Positions 1-11,723 of a stretch of DNA of 60,000 nt are shown one piece after another. Each line of letters begins with the position of its first letter. Positions within the stretch are counted from its first letter, which is position 1. Both the position numbers and the translations under genes were made by a program. The notes under the pieces are model-generated. The model ran no database searches. It worked only from the letters and a program-made list of their open reading frames with translations, and was not told the origin of the DNA. Source of the DNA: Lama glama (lineage: Eukaryota); the NCBI GenBank assembly GCA_028534125.1, contig CM052818.1, positions 33,048,001 to 33,108,000 of the forward strand, written 5' to 3'.

Positions 1-262
1 ATAGACATAGAATAGAAACTTGTGGTTGCCAAGGGGGCAGGAGGTGGGAAGGGACAGACTGGGATTTCAAAATTTGTAGATACTGACAGGCATGTGTAGA
101 ATAGATAAACAAGATTATACTGTGTAGCACAGGGAAATATATATGGGATCTTGTGGTAGCTCACAGTGAAAAAAATGTGACAATGAATATATACCTGTTC
201 GTGTATAACTGAAAAATTGTGCTCTACACTGGAACTTGACACATTATTATGAAAAAATAAAC
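1..262 (+). mobile_element. LINE-1 3' UTR end, lineage-specific (cetartiodactyl/camelid-like), cut by the window edge
   Basis: cttgtggttgccaaggggg ... ctgtgtagcacagggaa ... gtataactgaaaaattgtgct hallmarks followed by an A-rich tail. Confidence 0.8.
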
Positions 263-289
263 CCAGCAATAATAATCCCTCCCATCCGC

Positions 290-480
290 GGGGCCCCATG
301 CAAAGTGTTTGCACGTGCATCACGCGTTGCAGCCTCATGACGACCCCATGAGGTAAGTACCATCAAATGTCATTATCCCTAGTTTACAGATGAGATAACT
401 GAGGTTCAAAGAGTTTGACTTGCCCAAGGCCACACAGCTCGTGAACGTCAGAGCCTGATCTCAAACCCAGGGTATTGTGC
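290..480 (-). mobile_element. MIR SINE
   Basis: tttacagatgagataactgagg ... gacttgcccaaggccacacagct is the reverse complement of the MIR core. Confidence 0.8.
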
Positions 481-2161
481 TCCAGACCCAGCGCTTGTGT
501 GTCTGTGGCTGGTTGTGCAGAGCCCTTCGTGTGGGCAGGAGAAGGAAGTCTTATGTTACAGCCAGGGCCCCGGGGAGAGAAAAGGCGGTGCAGAAAGCAG
601 AGCTGCTGTGGCAGGAGCCTGTGTGGGGCTGAGCCCACGGCCCGCACCTGTGGACTGCGGCTGCTGCAGGGCAGGGGCGGGGTGAGCGAGGAGCAGGAGG
701 AGGACAGCGGGCAGAGCCGGACGCTCCGGCCACTCCAGCAGTGGCCAGTGACCCGGGGGGAGCTCCTGGGAAGACCGCTGGCCTCATGTAGGCACTCTGC
801 CCCTCAGGCCCAGACACGAACGGCTCCAAACAAGTCCTTCCCTGAGCACAGATGCCAAGGATGTGGGCAAACTGGTTTGAGGACCACAAAAACCAACTCC
901 AAGCTCTCTTCCCTTTCCCACACAAGGCATCAGAACTGCCCAGTCATCCCTAGGCCAAGAACTCTTCAAAATGAAGTTTGCCCAGCCCCTAAATCTGCCT
1001 GACTTTGTAAAATTCACTTACATGTCTCTTCAAATTATACACATGCACAGAGTGCCACCCCAGAGCCCTTCCCCTAAGCTCCCCGCAAACTGTGCCCTAG
1101 CAGGCCCTCCCCCCACATCCGCCTGTGGAAACCCTTTGTTCCCATCCTGCAGGGTCTTCTCTGGGCTTTCTGGTCCTAAGGCACCATGCCCTCTTGCACT
1201 CCCAAGCCTGCTTTGGTCCTTCTGCCCTGGCTCTGGCCCGTGGGCTTTCCACTAGGTTTATCTGCATGTATGACAGCTCTGCCGGCTCCCCGAGGGTAAG
1301 ATGTAGTCCCTGCGCTGGGACCTATTGGGTGCAGGGGTCACAGATGCCGGCCACCTTACATCAGCCCACGTCAGGGTGCCCCGCGGAGTCAGCATTATCA
1401 CACCTCCCTGAAGCCTTGCCCCGAGAAGCCACGAGGCGGTGATGAGGAAATGGAGGGGGAAGGGTGGAAGCCAGGACAGGCGGCGGCCCACACACTTGCT
1501 GTGTTAGTCACCAAGGGCGCCCAGCAGAACAGAGGTCATCTTGGAAGCTGGTACGAGGAGGACGACCTGGGAGACAGAGGTCCCCCCCGGCAAAACCAGA
1601 AGGAAGAGGCCACCCAGTCAAGAAGTCCTTCTCTTGCCCCAGCAAGACCCAAAATGGCAGGAGGAGGGATGTCTTGACTAGTCACAGGCTGATGTGTGGG
1701 GGTTGGCTCCATTAGCCCCCCGACCAGCCCTCCTGCTCTGCGCCAGACTCCAGAACCAGAGCCCTCCTTCTGCTTCACACCGAGCTTTGGACGCAGCTTG
1801 CCTGCTGCCCAGATGGAACTGGCGGTTACCACAACCAAGTGTAGCTGATCATTGTTTATCCATCACACGTTCCTTGACCACCTATTCTCCCAGGCCTCGT
1901 GCTATTGGGGTCTCATTTACCTAAATGGGACACCTCCCAGAGATGGTTCTGGTAGCTACAATGGGGAGTGGGGCAATCAGATGCCCTGACTTGCCTGGGA
2001 CAGTCCCGTTTTGTCTGCTGTCCCAACCTCATTATCAACAGAGCCCCCTCTCACTCTCAGAAGTGTCCTTGTTTGGGAGGTATATGATAGGTCTGGGGAC
2101 TGGCTCAGGGCAGCTGTGTGTGATGTGCCGTTTCCAAGACGGGCAACTGGGCCGTGAGAGG

Positions 2162-2180
2162 CAGGCACTAGAGGGCGCCA
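2162..2180 (+). promoter_or_regulatory. Candidate CTCF site
   Basis: caggCACTAGAGGGCGCCA matches the CCASYAGRKGGCRS core with one mismatch. Confidence 0.6.
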
Positions 2181-2899
2181 GTTAGCTGTGTTTGGCTGGC
2201 AAAGCCTCCAGGATGAGGCCGGGCTGGCAGCCAGGGGACAAGGCCTGTCTGAGTCACAGGCAGAGGCTGTCAGGTGGGGGACAGTGATCAGCACAGCCAT
2301 GGTTGAGCCCTTCCCTGGCCTACACTTGGCCTGGCCCACCTCCTTCCCCTGCCCCCAGCCACCCAGCTGAGCACCTGAGCAGTGCTGGTGAGGGAAGAGG
2401 GGTCCTGGCACTGCCCTCCCCTCCTCCATCTCAGGCTGGCCAGGCCCCTGCCAGCCTCTCTCCCCAGGCTCTTGGGTGTGGCCTGGTCCACCCTGAGCTG
2501 GAGACCTCAGATCACTGGGCCTGCTCTCCTGATGGGCTGGGGCTGGGTCTCAGGAGGCCCTTCTGGAAAAATGGCCAGGCCATTCTCGAGAAAATTCCAC
2601 AGCCCTCCACTGGTGGGGGTGGGAGTGGCTTGTAACCCATGAAGAGCCCACAGCTCACTGTCCTGGCCTGGCCACTGCCTCATCCACCACACAGTCAGAC
2701 ATAGGTTGGCCTTCACGGAGGCGAACTCTCTGTTCCCATTCTGTTCCCCGGTCCCCAGGCCCCCAGGCCTCCTCTCCAACTGATGAACCTGGTATTGCTG
2801 GGGCACCGAGGCACCGAGCAAGAGAGAGCAGGCCTGCTTCTTAAGGCCACACAAAAGCAGGTTGGGGACTATTAAAACCACGGGCTTCAGTGTCCCACC

Positions 2900-3080
2900 G
2901 ACGGGCCTGGGCCGCAGCTCTGATGTCGGTAGCTGTGTGACTTTAGGCATGTTATTGAACTTCTCTAAGCCTCAGCTGACTCACCTGCAAAAGGTAACAA
3001 GTATCTATTTCGCAAGAGTGGTAGGAGGATTAAATGCAGTAAGAACACAGAGCGCCTAGCTCAGTGCCTGGTACCTAAGA
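2900..3080 (+). mobile_element. MIR SINE
   Basis: agctgtgtgactttaggca ... cttctctaagcctcag ... gaggattaaatg ... agtgcctggtac. Confidence 0.75.
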
Positions 3081-6000
3081 GAGCAGAGCTCACGGCGGAG
3101 GAGGCTCTGAGCATCGCCTGAGGGAGACTCTTTGTCTGCAAGAGAAGAATAAAGATGGACCAGTGCGTTATGGTACACACAATACACGCAGGTGAATTTT
3201 CTCCTTGACAGTGACATCAGTGGATGTAGGAAGCCATGGATGCCTCAGTGCCAACAGCCTCAACCTTTTAAAGAATCATTCATTCATTTGTTCATTCATT
3301 CACTAGTCCCAGATTACAACTGTTGTCCTGACATAAAGATTAATAGCTTCCTTTCACCCTTCAAGTGTCCTAGTTTGGAGGATAAATTATATGATCACCC
3401 GACCTACAGTTCCAGGTCCTGGGCTAGGCGTGAGGGATTGAGAGAGAGATGCTGTATAAAGCCCCTGCCATCCAGGCTCACTGGCCAGTGGGGAAACAGA
3501 CAAGGAGTTGACTGGAATGCAGTGTGAGAAGATGGAGCTGGAGACGTGCGACCAGCTGGTGCCCCTCTACCCCTTAAGAACCCACCAAGCAGCATCCTTT
3601 GATTTATCTATCCTTATTGGGTTTACTTACTTTTACTTATTTACAAATCAACTCTTCGAGGTCAATTCATGCTATACATTTTCCACCAGATACATGAGGT
3701 AGCAGTCATTTTTTTCATTATAATCTTACTTTTCTCCAGCCTCAGAAGCTGCCTTCTATTCAGATGTTTGTGGTACTTTTTTTAAAGAGTCATAAATATC
3801 CCATCTGTTCTTGTCATGATTCTATAAATGTCAGTTTTCCAGAACCAGGGTCCTAATTTATTTCTTCACTCTCATGGGAAAGGTACACAGCTGGAAAAAG
3901 GCAGTGTAGAGGCACGTTCTGAACGGTCAGCGCCTCATAACTTAAGCCAGAAACACCTCCATGACATTTAATGAAGTGGGGGGGAGTCGCAGGCAAAAGG
4001 AAAGGGGGCGCCAAAGGAGGGAAAATGAGACCAAAGGGGCAGAGGTGTCCCCTGGGATTGACAGGGGCTCACAGATGGAGCATCACCTCTGGGTGTCTAC
4101 CTGATGGTCTGAGTTGGGTTGTAGGAGGATGACTGCCCTCCCCAAGGGATCACAGGTTACCAAGAGTGAGTGTATGGGCCAGGATGGTGCCCCCTCGCCA
4201 CCCACACCGGAACCAGGGATGCCTTAGAATATGGAGGCTTTAAGGGACCAAACCTGCCAGGTTCCCACACCCCATGCCCATTCTTCTTGGCCCAAGTATC
4301 AGTCAAACACCCTCCTCCTTCTCTCACCCATGTGCCCTGAGATTCCTGGGGGGAGTCCTACTCAATTAACTCAAGAGCACCAGGGTCCCACATTTCCTGC
4401 AGGGTCTCTGTGTCTGTCTAACTCGAGGTGTCCCGCAAGAATCGTATCCGTCCCACCTGCTCACCTGGGGATCGATATCATGACTCTCTCTCACCAATAC
4501 CCAAGAGTGTAACCTGGTGAAAACTGTGACAATTAATACCCCAGCTGGCCCCGGGCAGGGGGAGCATAGCCTTATTTAGATGTGCTGCCGACAGAGGAGG
4601 AAGGAAAAGAAGGAGGAGGAGGGGGATGAAAAGCAGATAGGACCAAAAGGAGAAGAAAGAAAGCATGGGTGATTCTGAGAATTAAGGGTGACTAGTGACA
4701 TCATCACGGGGAGTGTTTCACCCGGGTCAGTGGGTGGGGACAAGGCACGGTGACTCATTTATGAGACTGGCCCCCGTATCCAGGAGAAGTCATTCATTTA
4801 GTAAGTCATTAAGTCTTTCAACCCTTGTTTACTGAGCTGTTACTGTGTTTCAGACACCGCACTAGGCACTGGGGAGGGAGAGAGGACTGGAAGGCCCTGG
4901 GAGCTCGGACATAGAAGGGAAGACAGCTCCACTGCAGAGTGTAGATGTGCAGGGGGCAGAGGGAGATGTGACCAGAGGCCGGGGGCACGGTGCCATTCAG
5001 AGGGAGTGGCAGGAAAGACTGCCCCCCCAGGAGGGAAGGGGTGTCTGTGATGAGTGGCGTGGGAGGAGTAGGCAGGAGCCAGACGGAGGGAGGCGAAGGG
5101 AGTTTCAGGCAGAGGAAGGAGCATCGTGCTGGAAGGCACGGAGGTTGAGCTGGGAGGCGGGGCAAGAAGGCGGGGCAAGAGGGCGGGAAAGGGGGGGAGG
5201 GTTGAGGAACTGTAAGTAGTTTCTGAGAGGGTGGAGGGGGAGGTGGCGAGAACTGAGCTTGAAGAACGAAGGGCAGCCAGACTGTGAAGGAGCTGAGATG
5301 CTCTTTCCAGACAGGGAGCCTCCGGAAGGTGTAAACCCAGGACAGCGTGGTCAGACCACCTCTGGGGCCAGGCTGCCCCTGGAGTGGGCAGTTGACTCTG
5401 ATAGATGAGTGACTGGCTGGCTAAGGAGAGAGACTGCCCTGTACGGAGCTCTCACGGGGGTCTGGCCTGCGCCGGAGATTTCATCACTCATCATCCCACG
5501 CCACCCTCCCGTGACCCTCGGAGGGAGGTCCGATTTCCCCAGTGGACCGATGTAAGGACTGAGGTGCAGTAGGCAATGGAGTTTGCCCAGGCCCCTCAGC
5601 CAATAAATGGCAAAGCCAAAATCAGAAGCCAGGTCGTCCCTGCTCTTAGCCACTTGCAAACCCAGCCCCCACAAGGCCCCCCTAGGGCCTCCTGCTTGAA
5701 CTCACTCTCTGCGGTGTTTTACAGCTTCTCCCCAGCCACAACCAGCTCCATGGGGTGCCCTTAAAAGCAGCCAGGCTTCTCTGTGATGTGTTGCCTGCCC
5801 CGCCTTGACCTTCTCACCCCTGCCCCATCTGATTCCATCACAGTCAGGGGCTGGGGGCGCCTAGCTGTGTGGACCCCCAGACTCCCTCCCTGTCCCAAAC
5901 CTCCACGTCTCCGGGGAAGCTCCCAGGACTCCCTCCTGGGGTAGTTGGACCCTGGTTATCATCTAGGCCGCAGCCCACCAAGACGATGAGGGCTCCCAGG

Positions 6001-6552
6001 AGGGACCCTCACCCCAGAATACCCTTTTTCAAATAGGAGACCCAGGAGACAGCCGCAAAGATGCGTCCTGGAGTGAGCAACAGCATCAGGCCTTCCACAG
6101 GCCCATGGTGGCTCCCGTTCTGTGCAGGAGGAAGGAAGGAAGGCCCTTTCCCACCTGGCCTAGGGTGCCAACGCCGCTGATGTTTCCTGGCTGGCGATAA
6201 ATTCCCAAACGTACTTTTGCTTCTCCCTCTAACATTTAACCTTGGGTGTATTTCAAGGGAAACGCTACTCTGTCTGCTTCTGATTCATACCCACTGAGCT
6301 CATCAAAACCAGAATTATTTGGTAATTGCTGCTGGTTTTACTGGATGCCCTCTGGGATCTGTAAAAAAAATCTCTGTTCCTCAGAAACAGGAAGTTTCAA
6401 CAGGAGGGCAGAGGCTGGTTGCAAAAATCAAAATTTGAATTCTCTCTGCCCATTGGAGAGGCATTTCCTTTCTTCCACCCATCAACAAACGTGGATTCTG
6501 TGCCTGCTGGGTGCAGGGCCTGGAACACAGAGAGAATTTTGTAAAGGGGCTC

Positions 6553-6922
6553 TGAATTAATTTGCTAGGGCTGCCATAACAGAGTCCCACAGACGGGGAG
6601 GCTTAAACAGAAATGTATTTTCTCACAGTTCTGAAGGCAGGAAGTCCAAGATCAAGCGGTCTGCAGAACTGGTTTCTTTTGAAGTCTCTCTCCTTGGCTT
6701 GCAGACAGCCACCTTCTCCCTGTGTCTTCACATGGTCTTCCTTCTGTGTGTGTCTGTGTCCCAATCTCTTCTTATAAGGACACCAGCACATTGGATTGTG
6801 GCCCACCCATATGGCCTCATTTTAACTTAACTTCCTCTTCAGAGACCCTGTCTCCAAATTTAATCACATTAGGACTTCGATATATGGATTGGGGAGTGGA
6901 GGGACACAATTCAGCTGATAAG
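6553..6922 (-). mobile_element. MLT1-type (ERVL-MaLR) solo LTR, MLT1B/C-like
   Basis: tagggctgccataaca, tctcacagttctgaaggc..gaagtccaagatcaag, tcttataaggacaccag, gggacacaattcag motifs. Confidence 0.85.
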
Positions 6923-9900
6923 AGGATCTGGTCTCAAGAAGCCATGCTCCCGTGACAACGGCTTTCCCTTTGATGGCAATCTGAGGTTAGCCCTGAGATG
7001 AGGTGGTTTCAGCTATATTTCCTGTGCTGTTGCAGACTTTCTAAGGCAGAATGATTCTGTGGAAGGGCGCAGAGCTGTCAGATGTGGATTCAGATTTTGC
7101 CTCCTTTACATCACTAGTTGGGTGATGCAGCCCAAGTTATGCAAGCTCAGTTTCTCGCCAGTGTCATGAGGATCATGCTACCTGCTGCACAGGAAATTCT
7201 TGTGAAGATCCCAAAAGACAGTACATGTGAAACACAGCACAATGTCTGGAAAAGTAGTAGGTGCTCACAAAGTAGGGGTTCCTTTTCCAGGTGTATTTCC
7301 CACAGGGTTTCCTTTTCCAGGGAATTAAGGATGTATTCCATCCTTTCTCTGGGGAGAGGTACGATGGGAAACATAAGAAACTCAGGCTCAGGGTGAAGAC
7401 GCCAGCTTCGCAGGCAGTCCACAGCTGGCGTGCCTCACCGCTGGGCTTGGCTCCTCAAGCTTGGGCCAGAAGGACCCTTGGTCACCTCTCACAGTCTGGG
7501 CGGGCCGGCTCTCCCACTCTCCATCCTACATGTGGTCTCCTGGATTTTCCACCTGTTAATGCTTCAGCAAAGCTTCTACCCTGAAAGCAGCCAAGTCCCA
7601 TAGCAGGAGGAGGGGGAAGTGATCTGGAATTGAACCTCCCCAGGAGCATCCACTGCTCTGTGAGAACGTGATATAGACCAACTGTTGGGTCCAGGCTGAG
7701 CCTAGCTCTGGAAAGCTGATCTTGCAGGAAAACAAGTCAAAAGCCTGGCAAGGGCCAGACCTCACCATCCAGAGATGAAGATGATGGACTAGTCTAGGGA
7801 CCTGGGTTCCAATCCCAGCTCTAATAGTTCCCAGCGGTGGGACGTTAGCAATTCACATGACCTTTCAGCTTCAGCTCCCTCACAGGGATAAATGGAATAA
7901 TGTGTTAGACCAACGCAAATTCATATTCTATTAATAAGTCCAAAAGGTACCTGCTCTGGGCTACCACACTTTCTCAGCTACCCAGGAATGGAAGGGAGAA
8001 GTCCTTGTTGCTTCGGTTTCCAGTTTCCTTAAACTGGCAGCATTCTACATGCACACCCTCCACCCTTTGCAGCAGATTAAGTGTGTATTGCTTCTCAAAA
8101 AGAGTAGCATTTCCAGCTCTGGAGCAAGAAGGACAAAGGCTCATTCTGGGCCACACTGCCTCTTCAACATCATCTCACCCCCACCCGAGAGTCCTCTCCT
8201 CCCCTCCCTCCCTGAATTACTCATACTCCTGGAAACATGACTGATGACTTCGGGATGAGTAAGAGGCCCATGCACGTCATGGCCCGACTGCTGGGAGGGT
8301 GAATGAGTTCAATGCTCCCTTGAGCAGGGCCACTGAGATGTGTGCCAGGAGTTCTGCTGGGGGAAGGGGCCACAGGACCCTAGCAGGCTTTCCTCAGCAG
8401 CGAGACAGCAGTCCTTCCAATTCTCCCCTCTTTTGCCAACCCCTGGGTGCTGCCGGCTTTCTCAGCATGGGGTGACAACCCCAGCCCTTTCTGGGGAGCC
8501 TAGGCAGTGGGTGCAGGGGCTCTCACTAAGCTCCAGGACACTATGTTTCTCTGACCCAATCACCCCTGGCCTCAACCCAGCACAGCCAGGCCCCAGGCAA
8601 CCCTGAACTTGGCAGCCCAGCCTTGGCTGCTTTGAAAGGGCCCTAATCCAGGGCCCAACCTGCAGGGTGCGTATGCGGAGTGGGTGTGTGTGTTTACACT
8701 CTCCTGGACACCCTGCTCCACAGTGCCAGTCAAGCAAATATTTTTGGTCTGTTTTCCATTTTCCACAAGTCCCATTTCTGAACATTTGGTGGAAATGAGA
8801 TCCCAGCAGAGGGATGCATTAATTCAATGCGTTTTGAAATGTGTATTTTACATTCTTGGAGTTAAGGTAGAAGCAGGACATGCTGTTATAAGCAAAACGA
8901 CATGCAAACTAGCCTGTCCTGCACTTAATAAATAGAGCTGAAGCATCAGTTTCCCCATACCTAAAGTGGGCGTAGTCAGGACATGGACGCGCAGAAAATA
9001 ATGCCAGGACTGTGAAGCACGAGGCAGCCCCACCTCAGTATTCTCTGCAACCAGAACAAGACCGTGTCCTCACACTGAGCCTCGGTGTAGGAGATGGGGC
9101 TCGCCTCCAAGCTTTGCTCCACGAGGATCCTGAGGTGTCTGGGACCCACTATGATGTCCTTTGAATGGCTCCAAAATGGAGCGATACACAAAGTGGAAGG
9201 ACTATTAAGACCTTTCAGGACAGAGGAACAAGAATTCAGAAGAACATACCAGGAGGATGGACTGTTTGGTGACATTTTGAGATCCTAAACCCAGGAGATG
9301 AAACCTAAATGAGGCAGGCAAACAGATTGGCCAGGATGCCCCCTGACTCCTCCCCACCAGCTCCTCTCCCAGCAGGAAGGGGGCTCCTCTCCCCCATCTT
9401 CACTCTTTATTAACATTAGGCTCTGTCACTTGTCATTTGTTAGAAGTTCTATATAAGGCAGAGGAAAACTTGAGCAAGAAACATGGATGTTTAAGAGCTA
9501 TTACTTTCTCTCCTTCCTTATAATTCAGCTATGACACCTCACTACCAGAGTGGCGGGATGTTAATCACAGCCAATTCATGATCCCTTCCCCTTTTTCTTA
9601 GGGCCAGGACTGACTTTCTGGGAGGTTTGCAGGGAGCCAGGGCACTGGGGTAACTGTTCATACCTCTGCTGGGATGGCTGTTGTTCAGGGTGCAGCTCTC
9701 CCCCAGGGCCACAGTGAGGGTCCAGGATTCATTCTGCTGCCCTGGGCCATCAGAGACAGGGGAGGTTCTGCAAGGCTGCCCTGCCTCCCTGAGATCCTGA
9801 CCCCAGCGGAGGGTGTGCAGGGTCGCTGTAATTCCTTCCACCCAGCCTAGGGGCGCTCAACCCTGTCTCAGGAGGGTTGTTGACTAGAAGTGGAGGGGGA

Positions 9901-10607
9901 GCTGCTCTTTACCACGTTGAGCTCCCCAGAGGGCGTGGGCTTTCACAGCCGAAGCCAGGAAGGCTCCCTTCTTCGTCTGCTCTGCATCTCGGGATTGTGG
10001 TCACTTCCCCTTGGCAAGCCGCACAGCACCGCCTGAGCGCTGAAAAGGGCAGAGCACAAATACTGGAGGGAATGGGTTGGTATTTCAAAACCGAGCTGCC
10101 CCATGGAGGATCCTTACTACCCGGTTTAGGACTTGCTGTACAGCTCCAGTAATCAAGACAATCGGATCAAGGGAGCAGAATCCAGAAGGACATCCACACA
10201 CATGTGGTCAACTGATGAATCAGCAAAGGCACCAAGGTAATTCAACGGGGAAGGAAGGTCTTTAATTTTACATGAGGCTAGAACAACTGGATATTCGTAT
10301 ATAAAAAAAATGGGCATTGGCCCTTACCTCACATCATACTTAAAAAATACTTCAATATGGATTGTAGACCTAAACAGACAATCTAAAACTATAAACCTTC
10401 TCAAAGAAAACAGAGGAGATCATTTTCATGACCTTTCAGAAGACAAAGTTTTCTTAAATAGGTAACAGAAAACAAAGCATTAAAGAAAAAAAAAAAGACC
10501 GATAAATCGGACCTCACCAAAAGTTTTTAAAAATCAAAAGGCATTATTAAGAAAATTGGCGAGCCTGTTGACATAGATATATTCACAAAACATATATCTG
10601 ACAGAGT

Positions 10608-10854
10608 GATAAATTAGGAGCTTGGGATTAACATACACACATTACCACATATAAAATAAATGAACAACAAGGACCTACTGTCTAGCACAGGGAACTATAT
10701 TCAATATCTTGTAATAACCTATAATGGAAAAGAATCTGAAAAAGAATATATGTATATGTATAACTGAATCACTTTGCTGTACACCTGAAACTAACACAAC
10801 ATTGTAAATCAATTACACTTCAATAAAAATTTATATATATATATAAAATTATAT
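10608..10854 (+). mobile_element. Younger cetartiodactyl-type L1 3' end inserted into the old L1, with 16-bp TSD
   Basis: gataaattaggagcttgggattaaca...cttcaataaaa + AT tail; TSD atatatctgacagagt (10592-10607) / atatatctgacaaagt (10855-10870). Confidence 0.85.
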
Positions 10855-11439
10855 ATATATCTGACAAAGTTACAGTATCCAGAATATATACAGAATACCA
10901 ACAGATCAATAATAAAAAGACCAAAAATAAATAAATAAAAGAGCACAAAAGACTTGACCAGACATGTCACAAAAGAAGATGGGCCAAGAAACAAATAAAG
11001 ATTGCTCAACGTCATTGTGTTAATCAGCAGATGCAAATTAAAACCACTGTGCAATCACATTTTACACCCACTAGAATGGCTAAACTTAAAAAGAACAACA
11101 ATACCAAATGTTGGTGAGGACATGGAACAACTGGAACTCAGACATTCTTGGTGGGGACATAAAAAGAGCTGAGCATTTTGGAAAGTTGTTTGGCAGTTTC
11201 TTATAAAGTTAAACATACACCTGCCCTATGATTCACCAATTCCATTCCCAAGCATTTATCCAAGAGAGATAAAAACATATAGTCACCAAAAAACTTGCCC
11301 AAAAACTGTTCACAGTAGTTTTAGTCATAGCAACAAGAATTGGAAACAACCTAAATGTCCATCTACGCGTGGATGAATAAACAAATTGTAGTATCTTTGT
11401 ACACTGGAATACTACCTAGCAATAGAAATGAACAAGCTA

Positions 11440-11723
11440 CACGCATACCTCATTTTCATATGCTATGAAGATATTGTGTTTTTATAAAGTGGAGGTTTGT
11501 GGCAACCCTGTGTTGTCAGATAATGGGTAGCAATTTTTAACACTGAAGTTCTTTTTAATTAAGGTATGTACATTGTTTTTTAGACATAATGCTATTGCAC
11601 ACTTAAGAGACTATAGTATCGTGTAAACATAACTTTTGCACACACTGAGAAACCAGAGGTTCATGTGACTTGCTTTATTGCATTATTTGCTTTATCTGCA
11701 GCGATATCTCCAAGGTCTGCCTG
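11440..11723 (+). mobile_element. Tigger1-derived non-autonomous DNA transposon (TcMar-Tigger)
   Basis: Termini cacgcatacctc ... aaggtctgcctg resemble Tigger1 TIRs (CAGGCATACCTC); internal ggtttgtggcaaccctg and gacataatgctattgcacacttaa; TA at left flank. Confidence 0.8.
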
